Source of the DNA: an uncultured delta proteobacterium
GTDB taxonomy: Bacteria > Desulfobacterota > Binatia > DP-6
Assembly (NCBI GenBank): GCA_963815115.1
Contig: CAWFFN010000005.1
Coordinates: forward strand, 960,001-1,024,000
Direction: 5' to 3'
DNA: 64,000 bases
Shown here: positions 19,738-34,914 of the stretch, piece after piece
Layout of the letters: each line of letters starts with the position of its first letter
How positions within the stretch are numbered: the stretch's first letter is position 1
Program-made: the position numbers and the translations under genes
The notes under the pieces: generated by a model
Seen by the model: only the letters and a program-made list of their open reading frames with translations
The model's database searches: none
Told to the model about the DNA's origin: nothing

Positions 19738-21143
19738 GCGCGCACCTCGCGGGCCGCGCGCGCGAGCTGGCGGCGCACCTCGACCGGCGCCGTGCCGCCG
19801 ACGACCCGGCGGCGGGCGATCGAGCGCTGCGGGGTCAGCGCGCGGACGAGCGCCGGGTCGAGACGGGGCGCGTGGCGCCGGAGCGTGGCGTCGTCGAGAT
19901 CGCGCAGCGCGGTGCCGGTGGCGAGACAGTGGCGCACGAGGCCGCCGACCATCTCGTGCGCGCGGCGAAACGGCACGCCGCGCTCGACCAGCAGGTCGGC
20001 CAGGTCGGTGGCGAGCAGCAGGCCGTCGGCGGCGCCGGCCATGCGCGCGGTGTCGAAGTCGAGCGCCGGCAGCATGGCGCCGAGTATCCCGAGGCTGCCG
20101 CGAACCGTGGATGCGGCGTCGAAGACCAGCGGCTTGTCCTCCTGCAGGTCGCGGTTGTACGCCAGCGGCAGGCCTTTCAGCGTGGTGAGGAGCGCGACCA
20201 GCGCGCCCACCACCCGGCCGGTACGCCCCCGCACCAGCTCGGCGACGTCGGGATTCTTCTTCTGCGGCATCATCGAGCTGCCGGTGGCGAAGGCGTCGGG
20301 CAGGTGGACGAAGCCGAACTCCTCGCTCGCCCACAGCACCAGCTCCTCCGCGAGCCGGCTCAGGTGCACGGCGGCGATCGCGGCCGCGGCGAGGAACTCG
20401 GCGGCGGCGTCGCGGTCGCCGACCGTATCGATGCTGTTGCGCGACACGCGCGCAAAGCCGAGGAGGCGGGCGACGTAGGCGCGGTCGAGGGGAAACCCTG
20501 GCCCCGCGAGCGCGCCGGCGCCGAGCGGCAGCTCGTCCGCCCGCGCCCGGCAGTCGCGGAAGCGGCCGCGATCGCGGCCGAGCATCTCGTGGTAGGCGAG
20601 GAAGTGGTGCGCCAGGAGGACCGGCTGCGCGCGCTGCAGGTGGGTATAGCCCGGCAGGACGGCCGTGACGTGGCGCCGCGCGACGGCGACGAGCGCGCCC
20701 TGGAGCCGGGCCAGGTCGCGGTCGATGGCGTCGCACTCCGCCCGCAGCCAGAGGCGGAGGTCGAGCGCCACCTGGTCGTTGCGGCTCCGGCCCGTGTGCA
20801 GCTTGCCGCCGACGGGACCGACCAGCTCGGTGAGCCGCCGCTCGACGGCCATGTGGATGTCCTCGTCCACCGGCCGGAAGCGGAAGCGGCCGCCGTCGAG
20901 CTCCGCGAGGACGCGCCGGAGGCCGGCGTCGAGCCGGCGACCCTCGGCCGGCGAGAGGAGCTTTGCCCGCACCAGCGCGCGTACGTGCGCGCGGCTGCCG
21001 GCGATGTCGTGCGGGTAGAGCACGCGATCCACCGCGAGCGAGGCGGTGAAGTCCTCGACGATGCGCGCGGTCGGCGCCTCGAAGCGCCCGGCCCACGCCT
21101 TCGCAGCGGAACGACCGCGCCGGGCGGCCGGCCGCCGGCTCAT
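19734..21143 (-). CDS. argH: argininosuccinate lyase
   Basis: Motifs [49 protein letters not shown]. Confidence 0.97.
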   Translation of the reverse strand: MSRRPAARRGRSAAKAWAGRFEAPTARIVEDFTASLAVDRVLYPHDIAGSRAHVRALVRAKLLSPAEGRRLDAGLRRVLAELDGGRFRFRPVDEDIHMAVERRLTELVGPVGGKLHTGRSRNDQVALDLRLWLRAECDAIDRDLARLQGALVAVARRHVTAVLPGYTHLQRAQPVLLAHHFLAYHEMLGRDRGRFRDCRARADELPLGAGALAGPGFPLDRAYVARLLGFARVSRNSIDTVGDRDAAAEFLAAAAIAAVHLSRLAEELVLWASEEFGFVHLPDAFATGSSMMPQKKNPDVAELVRGRTGRVVGALVALLTTLKGLPLAYNRDLQEDKPLVFDAASTVRGSLGILGAMLPALDFDTARMAGAADGLLLATDLADLLVERGVPFRRAHEMVGGLVRHCLATGTALRDLDDATLRRHAPRLDPALVRALTPQRSIARRRVVGGTAPVEVRRQLARAAREVRA

Positions 21144-22375
21144 CTGGGGGTGCTCTTGGTGGCGCCTTTGGCGCCGCGCTCGACCAGCGCCCGGATGCGG
21201 AGCCGCAGCCCGGAGAGCCGGATGAAGCCGCTCGCGTCCGCCTGCTGATAGCCGCCCGCCTCGTCGAAGCTCGCCAGCTTCGGATCGTACAGCGAGCGTG
21301 GCGCCGCGCGGCCGACCGTACGCACGCTTCCCTTGTAGAGTCGCAGCCGCGCCGTGCCCGTGACCGCGCGGGCGGCATCGTCGACGGCTGCCTGGAGCAT
21401 CGAGCGTTCGGGAGCGAACCAGTAGCCGTAGTACACCAGCTCGGCGTAGCGCGGTGCCAGCGAGTCACGCAGATGCAGCACCTCGCGGTCGAGGGTGAGC
21501 GACTCGACGGCCTGGAACGCCTGACGCAGGACCGTACCGCCCGGCGTCTCGTAGACGCCGCGCGACTTGAGGCCGACGTAGCGGTTCTCGACCAGGTCGA
21601 CCCGGCCGACGCCGTGCGCCCCCGCGATGGTGTTCAGGCGGGCGAGCAGGGCCGCGGGCGACAGACGCTCGCCGTCGACCGCCACCGGCACGCCGCTCTC
21701 CAGCTCGACCTCGATCTCCTGCGCCCGGTCCGGCGCCTGCTCCGGCGCGACCGTGAGCTGAAACATGTCGTCGTAGGGCGCGCGCATGGGATCCTCGAGG
21801 ATGCCGCCCTCGTAGCTCACGTGTAGCAGGTTGCGGTCGCTGGAGTACGGTTTCTCGGCGGTGACCGTGATGGGAATGCGCTGGGCATCGGCATAGGCGA
21901 CGAGATCGGCGCGTCCCTTGAAGTCCCACTCGCGCCACGGGGCGATCACCGTCAGCTCGGGACCGAGGGCGGCGAACGTGAGCTCGAAGCGGACCTGGTC
22001 GTTGCCCTTGCCCGTGGCCCCGTGCGCCACGGCGTCGGCGCCTTCGGCGTGCGCGATCTCGACCTGTCGCTTCGCGATCAGCGGACGGGCGATCGACGTG
22101 CCGAGAAGATACTGGCCCTCGTAGATCGCGCCGGCGCGGAACATCGGGAACACGAAGTCGCGCACGAACTCCTCGCGCAGGTCCTCGACGATGCACTTCG
22201 TGGCCCCGGTGGCACGCGCCTTCGCGTCGAGCCCGTCGAGCTCCTCCGCCTGGCCCAGATCGGCGCAGAAGGCGATCACCTCGGCCTGGTAGCGGTCGAC
22301 GAGCCAGCGCAGGATCACGGAGGTGTCGAGCCCGCCCGAGTAGGCGAGCACGATGCGGCGAACCGTGGCGCCCAT
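21140..22375 (-). CDS. argG: argininosuccinate synthase
   Basis: Motifs [44 protein letters not shown]. Confidence 0.97.
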   Translation of the reverse strand: MGATVRRIVLAYSGGLDTSVILRWLVDRYQAEVIAFCADLGQAEELDGLDAKARATGATKCIVEDLREEFVRDFVFPMFRAGAIYEGQYLLGTSIARPLIAKRQVEIAHAEGADAVAHGATGKGNDQVRFELTFAALGPELTVIAPWREWDFKGRADLVAYADAQRIPITVTAEKPYSSDRNLLHVSYEGGILEDPMRAPYDDMFQLTVAPEQAPDRAQEIEVELESGVPVAVDGERLSPAALLARLNTIAGAHGVGRVDLVENRYVGLKSRGVYETPGGTVLRQAFQAVESLTLDREVLHLRDSLAPRYAELVYYGYWFAPERSMLQAAVDDAARAVTGTARLRLYKGSVRTVGRAAPRSLYDPKLASFDEAGGYQQADASGFIRLSGLRLRIRALVERGAKGATKSTPR

Positions 22376-22503
22376 GGAGGATCGCCTCCTAGCACAGGCC
22401 ATGAGCATCGACCAACGCGGGACTCGCCCTGCTCTCTACGTCGTGCTGCGCGCCGTCCGCGAGGACGCGCGCTGGCTGTCCACTCGCGCCTGAGCGCCCT
22501 GGT

Positions 22504-23433
22504 TCAGCGTGCGGGATCGTCCGCCGCCGTCGTCGCGCCGGCGAGCCATGCCATGACGGCCTTCTGCGCGTGCAGGCGGTTCTCGGCCTGATCGAAGACG
22601 ACGGAGCGCGGTCCGTCGATGACCGCGTCGGTGATCTCCTCGCCGCGATGGGCCGGCAGGCAGTGCATCACCAGCACCTCCGGACCCGCGAGGGCGACGA
22701 GCCGCTCGTTCACCTGGTACTGGCGAAAGGCGCGCCGGCGGGCGGCGGCCTCGCTCTCCTGACCCATGCTGGTCCACACGTCGGTGTAGATCACGTCGGC
22801 CCCGCGGACCGCCGCCTCGACGTCGTGCGTGACCGTCGCGGAAGCCCCCGCCTCGGCGGTGATGGCGGGGTCGGGCTCGTAGCCACGGGGACAGGCGAGC
22901 ACGAAGTCGAACCCGAGGCGCGCAGCCGCGTCCATCCACGAGTGTGCCATGTTGTTGCCGTCTCCGACGAAGACGACGCGAAGCCCGTCGACGTGGCCGC
23001 GGTGCTCGAGGAGAGTCAGGCAGTCCGACAGGACCTGGCAGGGATGATGGAGATCCGAGAGCCCGTTGATGACGGGCACCCGCGCGGCGTGTGCGAGGTC
23101 CGTGACGCTCTGATGGAGGAACACGCGCGCCATGATGAGATCGACCCAGCGCTCGAGGTTGCGCGCGATGTCGCCCGCCGTCTCGCGCTCGCCGAACTGG
23201 ATGTCGCCCGGCGCGAGACTGATGGCCGCGCCGCCGAGCTGCACCATGCCGACCTCGAACGTCACCCGCGTCCGGAGGCTCGGCTTCTCGAAGATCATCG
23301 CCAGGGTGCGTCCCGGTAGCAGCGCGTGCGGCCGGCGCGCGCGCAGGTCGGCTTTCAGGCGGCGCGCCAGGGCGAGGATGGCGTCGATCTCCGGCGTGGA
23401 GAGATCCGCGATGCGGAGCAGATCGCGCTTCAT
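22504..23433 (-). CDS. argF: ornithine carbamoyltransferase
   Basis: Motifs FEKPSLRTRVTF, HPCQ, GDGNN, TDVWTSMGQE, HCLP. Confidence 0.96.
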   Translation of the reverse strand: MKRDLLRIADLSTPEIDAILALARRLKADLRARRPHALLPGRTLAMIFEKPSLRTRVTFEVGMVQLGGAAISLAPGDIQFGERETAGDIARNLERWVDLIMARVFLHQSVTDLAHAARVPVINGLSDLHHPCQVLSDCLTLLEHRGHVDGLRVVFVGDGNNMAHSWMDAAARLGFDFVLACPRGYEPDPAITAEAGASATVTHDVEAAVRGADVIYTDVWTSMGQESEAAARRRAFRQYQVNERLVALAGPEVLVMHCLPAHRGEEITDAVIDGPRSVVFDQAENRLHAQKAVMAWLAGATTAADDPAR

Positions 23434-24617
23434 GCCGCGGCGAGGGCACCGTCGAGAATCTCGAGGGCTTCGTCGATCTCGTCGGCGGTGACGATGAGCG
23501 GGGGCGTCAGCCGCAGGACGCGCTCGGCCGTGCAGTTGATCAGCAGTCCGCCCTCGCGGCAGCGCGAGACGACGTCGCCGCCGGGGCCGTCGAGCAGGAG
23601 GCCCTGCATGAGGCCGAGCCCGCGCACCTGCCGAACCTGCCGATGGCGCGCGGCGCGGCGCTCGAGGCCGTCGCGCAGCCGCCGCCCCGTCGAGTTCGCG
23701 TGGGCGAGGAAGTCGCGTCCGGCGATCGTCTCGAGCGCAGCCACCGCCGCGGCGCAGGCGAGCGGGTTGCCGCCGAAGGTGGTGCCGTGCGCTCCGGGCG
23801 TGAAGGCGGCGGCGATGCGCTCGGTGGTGCAGAGCGCGCCGATCGGCACGCCGCCCCCGAGCGCCTTGGCGAGCGCCATGATGTCGGGAGCGACACCGGT
23901 GTGCTCGTAGGCGAAGAGCTTCCCGGTACGGCCCATGCCGGTCTGGATCTCGTCGTAGACGAGGAGGAGATCACGCCGTTCGGCAAGCGCGCGCAGGCCC
24001 TGGAGGTAGTCCGGCCGCGGGACGACCACGCCGCCTTCGCCCTGGATGGGCTCGATCATGATCGCGACGGTCTCGGGTGCGACCGCGGCCTCCATGGCGT
24101 CCAGATCGTCGTAGGGCACGAGCCGCACGCCCGGCAGAAGGGGGAAGTAGCCGCGGTGGTACTTCTCCTGCCCGGTGGCGCTGAGCGCGCCGAAGGTGCG
24201 GCCGTGGAACGAACCGTGGGTCGCGAGGATCTCGTAACGCCCGCCGCCCATCTCGGCGCCCCAGCGCCGCGCCAGCTTCATCGCCGCCTCGACGGCCTCG
24301 GTGCCGCTGTTGCACAGGAACACCCGCTCGGCGAACGAGTGGCGGCAGAGCAGTCCGGCGAGCTCGCCTTCGATCGCGGTGTGGTAGTGGTTGGAGACGT
24401 GCAGCAGCTCGCCGGCCTGACGGCGAATCGCCTCCACCACCGCGGGGTGGCAATGACCGAGGCTGTTCACGGCCACGCCGGCGAAGAAGTCCAGGTACCG
24501 CTTGCCGTCGACATCCCAGACCGAGCACCCCTGCCCCCTGGCGATGGCCAGGGGCTGCCGCGCGTAGAGCCCGATCTCGTGTGCGGCGTTGCGGGCGAAG
24601 ACCTCGGCGCTGGTCAT
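23430..24617 (-). CDS. argD: acetylornithine aminotransferase
   Basis: Motifs [51 protein letters not shown]. Lies within the arg operon. Confidence 0.94.
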   Translation of the reverse strand: MTSAEVFARNAAHEIGLYARQPLAIARGQGCSVWDVDGKRYLDFFAGVAVNSLGHCHPAVVEAIRRQAGELLHVSNHYHTAIEGELAGLLCRHSFAERVFLCNSGTEAVEAAMKLARRWGAEMGGGRYEILATHGSFHGRTFGALSATGQEKYHRGYFPLLPGVRLVPYDDLDAMEAAVAPETVAIMIEPIQGEGGVVVPRPDYLQGLRALAERRDLLLVYDEIQTGMGRTGKLFAYEHTGVAPDIMALAKALGGGVPIGALCTTERIAAAFTPGAHGTTFGGNPLACAAAVAALETIAGRDFLAHANSTGRRLRDGLERRAARHRQVRQVRGLGLMQGLLLDGPGGDVVSRCREGGLLINCTAERVLRLTPPLIVTADEIDEALEILDGALAAA

Positions 24618-25492
24618 GCCCGCGCCAGACGGCGGCGCGGGCGGCGCGCGGCGCCGCTCAGCACCTCGGTGCCCACACCCTGGCTGGTGAGCACCTCGAG
24701 CAGCAGCGCGTGCTTCACCCGCCCGTCGATCACGTGCGCCTGCTTCACGCCCCCACGCAGCGCCTCCATGCAGCACTCGATCTTCGGGATCATGCCGCCG
24801 TCGACGACACCCTCCGCGATCAGCTCGCGTGCCTCGTCGGTGGAGAGCGTGGAGATGAGCGTGCCGTCGCGGCCCTTCACGCCTTCGACGTCGGTCAGGA
24901 GGATGAGCTTCTCCGCGTGGAGCGCCTCGGCGATCTTCCCCGCCACCAGGTCGGCATTGATGTTGAACGTCTGGCCGTCCGAGTCGGCGGCGGTGGGGGC
25001 GATGACCGGCACGAAGCCCGCGAGCGATTCGATCACCTGCGGGTTCACGCCCACGACCTCGCCGACCAGCCCGAGATCCACCGCGCCGCTGCGCTTCCGG
25101 GCGACGACGAGCTCGCCGTCCTTGCCCGAGAGCCCGACGGCGCGCGCGCCGTGACGGTTGAGCAGCGCGACGATCTCACCGCTGATGCTCCCGGCAAGCA
25201 CCTGCTCGACGATCTCCATCGTGGCCGAGTCGGTCACCCGCATGCCGCGCACGAAGCGCGGCTCGATGCCCGCCTGGCGGACGGCGGCGTCGATCTGCGG
25301 CCCGCCGCCGTGGACGATCACGGGGTTCATGCCGACGTACTTGAGGAGCGCCACGTCCTGGGCGAACGCGTCCTTCAGGTCGTCGCGCTCCATGGCATGG
25401 CCGCCGTACTTGATGACCAGGATCTTCCCGGAGAAGCGGCGGATGTACGGCAGCGCCTCGAGGAGCACCTCGGCCTTATCCACCGGATCCAC
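24614..25492 (-). CDS. argB: acetylglutamate kinase
   Basis: Motifs [33 protein letters not shown]. Confidence 0.96.
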   Translation of the reverse strand: MDPVDKAEVLLEALPYIRRFSGKILVIKYGGHAMERDDLKDAFAQDVALLKYVGMNPVIVHGGGPQIDAAVRQAGIEPRFVRGMRVTDSATMEIVEQVLAGSISGEIVALLNRHGARAVGLSGKDGELVVARKRSGAVDLGLVGEVVGVNPQVIESLAGFVPVIAPTAADSDGQTFNINADLVAGKIAEALHAEKLILLTDVEGVKGRDGTLISTLSTDEARELIAEGVVDGGMIPKIECCMEALRGGVKQAHVIDGRVKHALLLEVLTSQGVGTEVLSGAARRPRRRLARA

Positions 25493-25633
25493 CAGGGGTT
25501 TATGCCTCGCAGCGGGAGAGGGTACAACCCGCGGGCGGTACGCCCGATCGCGTGCTCGCCGGTCGGATGCCGCGCCGGCCACACAGACGCGCGTGCGGGC
25601 GGCCCTCGCGTCCATGCGCAGTCGAGGACTCGG

Positions 25634-27988
25634 TCAGTTCTGCTCGAGCGCGATGGTCGCGGCGTTCAGGTTCGTGGTGCTCCCGCCAGACAGGTTCGTG
25701 GAGCCAGCAAAGATCCCCAGGTCGACGGCGGAGGTGCTCAGGTTGTCACTCTTGGAGACGGTGTTGGGGGTGGCGGAGCCGGCCTGCACGCTGCACGTCA
25801 GGGTACCGGCCGTGCTCCAGTTCACGATGAGCGTGTACTCGGTGTTCACGACCACGGATGAGCTGGGGACGGTTAGACACGTGGCGGTGGTCCCGGCACC
25901 GCTGCAGCAGCGCCAGACGTTTCCAGGGCTGACGCTGGTGTCGAAGCCGACTCCGACGAAGGTGAGGCTGGTGGCGCCGCTGTCCGCCATCGTCTGAGTC
26001 GTCAAGGCCGCGGAGGCCAGGGCGAACCACACGCGACGATTGGCGGTGCCATCGATGTACAGCACGCCGTCCAGCTCCGGCCGATAGCTCGGTCGCGTGA
26101 GCGTGAAGGGACCGCTCAGCCCGGAGAGCGTGTTCACCGTGGTCGTGCCATTCGCGACCCTGAGATACATGCGCGTCGCACCGGTGAGCCCAGGCTGCGC
26201 CGTCACGGTTCCGGAGATGTTCGGGGAGCCCGTCGGCCCCGTGATCCCGATGGCGGTGACCGTTGCCACGTTGGTCGAGGCTGCCACGTACTCTCCAACG
26301 CGGCGCCCGGCTGGGGGCCCGGCTGTTCCCTGAGAACCGGTCGCGCCGGTTGCGCCAGCTGTCCCGGTGGACCCGGTGGCGCCGGTGGACCCGGTCGCTC
26401 CCGTCGTTCCGGCGACCCCTGTGGCACCGGTCGGGCCGATCGGACCTTGAGACCCGGTTCCACCCGTTGCACCGACCACGCCCTGCGATCCGGTCGCGCC
26501 GGTGGCGCCCGCCGTACCGGTTGCCCCGGTGGCGCCTGTGGACCCGGTCGCTCCCACCGTGCCGGTGGCACCCGTGGCACCGGTGGATCCGGTTGCTCCT
26601 GTCGTGCCGGTGGCGCCCGTCGCGCCGGCGATTCCTTGCGTGCCCGTGTTGCCGGTCGCTCCGGTTGGCCCGATCACGCCCTGAGGTCCGGTTCCACCGG
26701 TGGCGCCGACGGCGCCCTGCGATCCGGTTGCGCCTGTCGGTCCGACGACGCCCGTGGTCCCCGTCGCGCCGGTCGCGCCGACGAGGCCCTGCGCACCGGT
26801 GGTGCCCGTGGCGCCGGTTGGCCCGATGAGCCCCTGCAAACCCGTTGGACCCGTCGGCCCGATCGTGCCCTGCGGACCGGTGGGCCCGATCTCACCCTGC
26901 GCGCCGGTCGCGCCGCTCGGTCCGACGACGCCAGTGGCGCCCGTCGCGCCGGTCGTGCCGACGAGGCCCTGCGCACCAGTGGTGCCCGTGGCGCCGGTGG
27001 GCCCGATGAGCCCCTGCGGCCCGATGGTACCCGTGGGCCCGATCGTCCCCTGCGGACCGGTGGGCCCGATCTGGCCCTGTGGGCCGGTCGCGCCGCTCGG
27101 CCCGACGACGCCAGTGGCCCCCGTCGTCCCGGTTGCCCCTGTGGCGCCGACGAGGCCCTGTGCACCCGTGTTACCGCTCGGGCCCTCCGGTCCGGTCGCC
27201 CCGGTAGGTCCGGTTGGACCGGTCGCTCCGGTCGGTCCAGTGGATCCACTGGGACCGGTGACTCCGGTCGCGCCGCTGATGCCCGTTGTTCCGGGAATTC
27301 CTTGCGGTCCGGTTGATCCCGTTGGCCCCGGCGTGCTGCTCGCACCGGTCGGACCTGGTGCGCCCGTGGCGCCCGTCGGCCCCGTCGAACCCTCCAGCCC
27401 TGTCGCTCCTGTCGGGCCCTCGGGAGTGGGTTTCATTTCGTAGCTGATGAAGAGCTGCGGCGTCCGGGCCAGGTCCTCCTGACTCGCGAAGATCACCCGC
27501 ATGGGCGACGCGCGCAGCGCGACGCCGTAGTTCTGCGACGGAGTCGTGACCCATTGCTGCACCAGTTGCGTGATGTCCCAGGCCACCGCTCGTCGTGGCG
27601 CGTTCGCCAGCACGGTGGTCGTGGACTCCGCCGTGGAATCGATGGGTGGAGGCGCGACCCCGCTGACCGTGTCCTCGTCCCACGGGCCCAGCACAGCCGA
27701 GACCGAGACCGTCGCCTGCGGCGGATTGCCCTTCGGCACCATCCGCAGGACGGCCTGGACGATCGTGGTGTCGGGCGTGAGACACGTGAGGTCGAACTTG
27801 ACGAGGATCGTCCGGAGGCGCCCGGTGAGGAGCTTGCGCGCCTGGCCGTTCTTGCGCGGCGAGCCGTCGCGAATCCACGTGTCGTCGGTTGGCGTGAGCG
27901 TCGTGCTCGGGTTCGCCCAGCCTCGCGCGGGAAGAACGAGGAGAGCGAGCAGCATCGCCGCCTTCCTGCCGGCACCGACCCGCGACAC
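25634..27988 (-). CDS. secreted DNRLRE(CBM96-like)-domain collagen-like protein
   Basis: Signal peptide ending ARGWA. DNRLRE-type domain (DDTWI...LVKFDL...W.E..V...[10 protein letters not shown]...NYG...FASQE...PQL). ~123 Gly-X-Y triplets, then a Ser/Thr-rich beta C-terminal domain. Start codon uncertain. Confidence 0.85.
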   Translation of the reverse strand: MSRVGAGRKAAMLLALLVLPARGWANPSTTLTPTDDTWIRDGSPRKNGQARKLLTGRLRTILVKFDLTCLTPDTTIVQAVLRMVPKGNPPQATVSVSAVLGPWDEDTVSGVAPPPIDSTAESTTTVLANAPRRAVAWDITQLVQQWVTTPSQNYGVALRASPMRVIFASQEDLARTPQLFISYEMKPTPEGPTGATGLEGSTGPTGATGAPGPTGASSTPGPTGSTGPQGIPGTTGISGATGVTGPSGSTGPTGATGPTGPTGATGPEGPSGNTGAQGLVGATGATGTTGATGVVGPSGATGPQGQIGPTGPQGTIGPTGTIGPQGLIGPTGATGTTGAQGLVGTTGATGATGVVGPSGATGAQGEIGPTGPQGTIGPTGPTGLQGLIGPTGATGTTGAQGLVGATGATGTTGVVGPTGATGSQGAVGATGGTGPQGVIGPTGATGNTGTQGIAGATGATGTTGATGSTGATGATGTVGATGSTGATGATGTAGATGATGSQGVVGATGGTGSQGPIGPTGATGVAGTTGATGSTGATGSTGTAGATGATGSQGTAGPPAGRRVGEYVAASTNVATVTAIGITGPTGSPNISGTVTAQPGLTGATRMYLRVANGTTTVNTLSGLSGPFTLTRPSYRPELDGVLYIDGTANRRVWFALASAALTTQTMADSGATSLTFVGVGFDTSVSPGNVWRCCSGAGTTATCLTVPSSSVVVNTEYTLIVNWSTAGTLTCSVQAGSATPNTVSKSDNLSTSAVDLGIFAGSTNLSGGSTTNLNAATIALEQN
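26312..27418 (-). repeat. collagen-like Gly-X-Thr/Gln repeat region with 180-189-bp higher-order repeats
   Basis: [12 protein letters not shown] triplets throughout. The DNA motif ccgacgaggccctg recurs at about 26778, 26958 and 27147. Confidence 0.9.
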
Positions 27989-28485
27989 GGCGGGGGTTGT
28001 ACGCGATGTTCCGCAGAGTTCAACCGAAACCTCACAAAGCAGACATCCGAGTTCGGGGTATCGACAGCGGTGAGTCATTCTCGATCGAATGGATTCCACC
28101 AACGCGGCCGTGAGCGTGTGCCCAACGCGATGCGCTCCGATGGTCGTCCATCGCCGTCGTGAGGCGCTCGGCCGCCGTCGCCGCGAGGTTCGTCTCGGCA
28201 TGTATGATAGATTGCAACCCCTCTACCTGGCAGCGGATCGGACGCGGGAAGGGCGCTGACACGGGAGTACTGTGGGCGATCCGGAGCTGCCAACCGAGTG
28301 TTGCAATGGCGCAGCCCTCACGCGCGCCTGATCCGCCCGGCCCTTTGGTCGTAGGACGAACGTCGGCCTCGTGACGCCGACAAGGCTTGATTCCGTTGAC
28401 AGTCGCCCGCGATGCCGCTGGGGCACGGTTCCTGCTGTGATCCCCGAGGCCGTTTCGGCTTGCAGGCCGGGGAGGGGCGACCACG

Positions 28486-29112
28486 ATGAAAAGACGGACA
28501 GCGGGCCGGCGGGTAGGAGTGCCGGCGATCCTGATGGTGTTGGTCTGGAGCGCGCTCTGCAGCGCGACGGCGTTCGCGCAGGCTCCGGGGTGCGTTCCGA
28601 TCGATCAGAACAAGCTGCGCCTGCGCAAGGTGGGCGACAGCGGGACGGGAAACGAGCGCATCCTCTTCCGCGGCGTGTTCGACGTCGACCCCACCGTGAC
28701 GCTCGATCCCGCCACCAACGGACTGCAGTTCCAGATGCTCGGGTCTGCCGCCGGGGCGCTCATCGACGTCACGTTGCCTGGGGTCCGCTTCGACGTCGGT
28801 GGCTTCGGCTGGCTCGCCAACGCGAGCGGGACGGTGTGGAACTGGCGCGATCGCGACGGCCACGTCTCGGGCATCAGACGACTCGTCCTCAAGCGGCACG
28901 GGGCCTCCTCGGCGCGGCTCTCGCTCTTCGGCCAGGAGCTCACCTTCCCGCTTCCCACGCTGCCGATCACGATCCGCGTGCTGCTGCCCGGCGCCGGAGG
29001 GAGCGCGGGGATATGTGGCGAGGAAGTCTTCCCCGACACGGAGTGCTTCTTCCGCAATCAGGGCAACAAGCTGATCTGCCGCACCGAGGGAGGGCGGCAG
29101 CCGATCGAGTGA
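28486..29112 (+). CDS. secreted hypothetical protein (single Cys-capped beta domain)
   Basis: Signal peptide ending AFA. Body: KLRLRK...ERILFRG...LDPATNGL...GWLANASGTVWNWRD...GIRRLVLK...CG...C...KLICR. SD GGGAGG. Confidence 0.75.
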   Translation: MKRRTAGRRVGVPAILMVLVWSALCSATAFAQAPGCVPIDQNKLRLRKVGDSGTGNERILFRGVFDVDPTVTLDPATNGLQFQMLGSAAGALIDVTLPGVRFDVGGFGWLANASGTVWNWRDRDGHVSGIRRLVLKRHGASSARLSLFGQELTFPLPTLPITIRVLLPGAGGSAGICGEEVFPDTECFFRNQGNKLICRTEGGRQPIE

Positions 29113-29131
29113 GCAGGACGACTCGGACGAC

Positions 29132-30892
<1,761 letters not shown>

Positions 30893-30978
30893 GGTGGGGT
30901 TCCTCCCTTGCCCGCTCGGTCCAACCGCTCTTTGCTCCCTTGCAGAGTCGGCGGAGAAGCGCAATCAGATCCACCCAG

Positions 30979-31644
30979 ATGACCGTGGACGGGGAGCAAC
31001 GCCGAGGGGCGCCGGAACCGCCGGCCCCCACGACGCACCGGCTGGCCGACGGCACGCTGGTGCGCATCCGTGCCATCGAGCCCGGCGACCGCGAGCGGCT
31101 GCGCAACGGGTTTGCCCGCCTGTCGCCGGAATCGAAGTACCGGCGGTTCTTCGCCGCTCCCGCCACGCTCTCGGAATCCACCCTCGACTACCTCACCCGA
31201 ACCGACGGCTGGAACCATGTGGCGCTCGGCGCCGAGCTGGCCGCGGCGGACGCGGACACGAGCTACGGGCTCGGCATCGCACGCTTCGTGCGCCTGGACG
31301 ACGACCCGACCACCGCCGAGGCCGCCGTGGCCGTGATCGACGAGGTACAGCACAAGGGTCTCGGCCGGCTGCTGCTCGCGGCCCTGATCAGGGCCGCGCA
31401 CGAGCGTGAGCTGACGAAGTTCGTCTGCCACGTGTTGCCCTCGAACGAGCCGGTGAAGAGCATGCTGCAGGAGGTCGACGCGGAAGCGAAGCCGACGCTG
31501 CGCGACGGGCTCCTGGTCTACGAGCTCAGCCTTCCCGAGGTCCTCCCCGAGGGCCCCGACCAGGGTCCGATCTACCGGCTCTTCCGGTTGGCGGCAGCGG
31601 GCCTGCGAGTGATCTTCCCCCGCCTGCCGGCCGCGACCGACTGA
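30979..31644 (+). CDS. GNAT N-acetyltransferase (Pat-GNAT-domain-like)
   Basis: LADGTLVRIRAIEPGD...LSPESKYRRFF...GIARFVRL...AEAAVAVIDEVQHKGLG...VLPSN. Confidence 0.88.
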   Translation: MTVDGEQRRGAPEPPAPTTHRLADGTLVRIRAIEPGDRERLRNGFARLSPESKYRRFFAAPATLSESTLDYLTRTDGWNHVALGAELAAADADTSYGLGIARFVRLDDDPTTAEAAVAVIDEVQHKGLGRLLLAALIRAAHERELTKFVCHVLPSNEPVKSMLQEVDAEAKPTLRDGLLVYELSLPEVLPEGPDQGPIYRLFRLAAAGLRVIFPRLPAATD

Positions 31645-31660
31645 GCGGCGTTCGCCGCGC

Positions 31661-32998
<1,338 letters not shown>

Positions 32999-33007
32999 CG
33001 CGTGTCC

Positions 33008-33568
33008 TCAGTCGGTGCCCGACTCGAGCTCCTCGAGCACGAGCTGGTCGTTGGTGTAGACACAGATGGAGGCCGCGATGCGCAGGGCCTCCTCCACCAC
33101 CTGTCGGGCGTCGAGCGGCGAGTGGCGCACGAGCGCGCGCGCCGCGGCCATCGCGAAGTTTCCGCCCGAGCCAATGGCGCACACGCCGTCCTCGGGCTCG
33201 ATGACGTCGCCGGTCCCGGACACGATCAACGAGGACTCGCGATCGGCGACCACCAGCAGCGCCTCGAGCCGCCGCAGCAACCGGTCGGTGCGCCAGTCCC
33301 TCGACAGCTCGACGGCCGCCCGCCGCAGATTGCCGCTGACCGCTTGCAGCTTCACCTCGAAGCGCTCGAAGAGCGTGAGCGCGTCGGCGCCCGCGCCCGC
33401 GAAGCCGGCGAGGACCCGATCGTGGTGGAGGCGACGCACCTTGCGGGCGTTGTGCTTCAGCACCGTCTGCCCGAGGGTGACCTGGCCGTCGCCTCCCAGC
33501 ACCACGCGGTTCCGGTGACGCACCGACAGGATGGTCGTGCCGTGCAGCTCAGGCTCTCGGGTGCGCAC
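33008..33568 (-). CDS. hslV: ATP-dependent protease peptidase subunit HslV
   Basis: Motifs [38 protein letters not shown]. Confidence 0.96.
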   Translation of the reverse strand: MRTREPELHGTTILSVRHRNRVVLGGDGQVTLGQTVLKHNARKVRRLHHDRVLAGFAGAGADALTLFERFEVKLQAVSGNLRRAAVELSRDWRTDRLLRRLEALLVVADRESSLIVSGTGDVIEPEDGVCAIGSGGNFAMAAARALVRHSPLDARQVVEEALRIAASICVYTNDQLVLEELESGTD

Positions 33569-34445
33569 GATCGTAGGCGTCCATGAGGTGTCGCAGGTCG
33601 ACGTGGGTGTAGCGCTGGGTCGTCGACAAGCTGGCGTGTCCGAGCAGCTCCTGGATGGCGCGCAGGTCGGCGCCCGCGCCGAGGAGATGCGTCGCGAAGG
33701 TATGGCGGAGCGCGTGCGGCGTGGCGCGCGCCGGCGTCCCGGACGCGGCGACGTAGCGCGCCATCAGCCGGTCGACGCTGCGTGACGTCAACCGACCACC
33801 CGCTCGATTGCGGAAGACGGGACCGCCCGTGGCGTCGAGGCCGGCGGCGGCGCACCCCGTCCGGTAGCGCGCGAGCGCGCGCAAGGCCGGCCGACCGACC
33901 GGCACCACGCGCTCCTTGCGACCCTTGCCGAGGACGCGCACCGAGCCGCTCTCCGCGTCGAGGTGCGGCCAGTCGAGACCGGTGAGCTCGGAGACGCGGA
34001 GGCCCGAGGAGTAGAGCAGCTCGAGGATGGCGGCGTCGCGCAGTCCGGACAGCGTGTCGGCGGACGGCACGGCCAGGAGGCGATCGACGTCGTCGAGGGT
34101 CAGGTGGGTGGGCAGCGAACGCCGCACCTTCGGGGTGGCGATGCCTGCCGTCGGGTCACGGGCGAGCCGTCCGGTCCGCGTGCAGAAATGGAAGAAGCCG
34201 CGCACGGCGGCCAGCTTCCGGGCGATCGACGTGCGCTCTGCCTTGCCGTCCAGGCCCCGCAGCCAGTGTCTGACCGCGTCGGGGCCGATCGAGGCGAGGG
34301 TGGACCCCGGCGCGGCGTCGAGAAAGCCGCGCACGTCGGCGAGGTAGGCTCGCGTGGTGTGCGGGGAGGCGTGTCGTTCGGCACGCAGATGGGTGGCGAA
34401 GGCGGCGACGGCGTCCGCAGTGCCCTGCGCCGTCCTTGTCGGCAT
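33549..34445 (-). CDS. xerC: tyrosine recombinase XerC
   Basis: Motifs [49 protein letters not shown]. Syntenic with hslVU. Confidence 0.92.
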   Translation of the reverse strand: MPTRTAQGTADAVAAFATHLRAERHASPHTTRAYLADVRGFLDAAPGSTLASIGPDAVRHWLRGLDGKAERTSIARKLAAVRGFFHFCTRTGRLARDPTAGIATPKVRRSLPTHLTLDDVDRLLAVPSADTLSGLRDAAILELLYSSGLRVSELTGLDWPHLDAESGSVRVLGKGRKERVVPVGRPALRALARYRTGCAAAGLDATGGPVFRNRAGGRLTSRSVDRLMARYVAASGTPARATPHALRHTFATHLLGAGADLRAIQELLGHASLSTTQRYTHVDLRHLMDAYDRAHPRA

Positions 34446-34485
34446 ACGCGACGCGATGCTATCAACCGGGTCCGGACGGAACAAG

Positions 34486-34914
34486 GTGACGGTGTCGACG
34501 ACGCGCGCGGCGAGTCTCCGCGTCTGGCTCAGCGGCGCGGCGATGTTGCTGGCCGTCGCCTGCCACCCCGATCCGGCCACGCCTCGCGGCACCGCGGAAG
34601 GATTTCTCGACGCGCACTACGTCCACATCGATCTTCCGTCGGCGCTTCCGTTCACCAGCGGGGTGGCCCGCCACAAGGTCGAGTCGGAGATCGAGCTGGT
34701 GAAAGGGATCACGATCGACGACGCAACCCGCAAGCCGACGGTGCACTACTCGCTGCTGGAGGAGCGTCCGGACGGCGCGGAGGCGGTGAGCTACGTCTAC
34801 CGGGGCAGCGTCGCCGTCGAGGGGGCCGACTCCTTCGAGCGGCGCTGGCTGGTCACCGTGCGCCGGGAGCCCGAGGGCTGGCGCGTCACCAACTACCAGG
34901 AGTTCGAGCAATGA
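34486..34914 (+). CDS. putative lipoprotein
   Basis: LLAVAC lipobox and a NTF2/DUF4878-like ending (RREPEGWRVTNY). Overlaps the next gene (ATGA). Confidence 0.65.
   Translation: MTVSTTRAASLRVWLSGAAMLLAVACHPDPATPRGTAEGFLDAHYVHIDLPSALPFTSGVARHKVESEIELVKGITIDDATRKPTVHYSLLEERPDGAEAVSYVYRGSVAVEGADSFERRWLVTVRREPEGWRVTNYQEFEQ

Noticed and set aside
26700-27443. Pro/Val-rich antisense ORF
   Set aside because: Mirror of the collagen repeat on the opposite strand.
27989-28485. Possible ncRNA, small ORFs or a sigma54 promoter in the ~500-bp intergenic region
   Set aside because: Only a partial GG-N10-GC match and no convincing structure or coding signal.
33549-34445. Tyrosine recombinase as a mobile-element integrase
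   Set aside because: Size, motifs and hslVU synteny indicate housekeeping XerC. No att sites or tRNA nearby.
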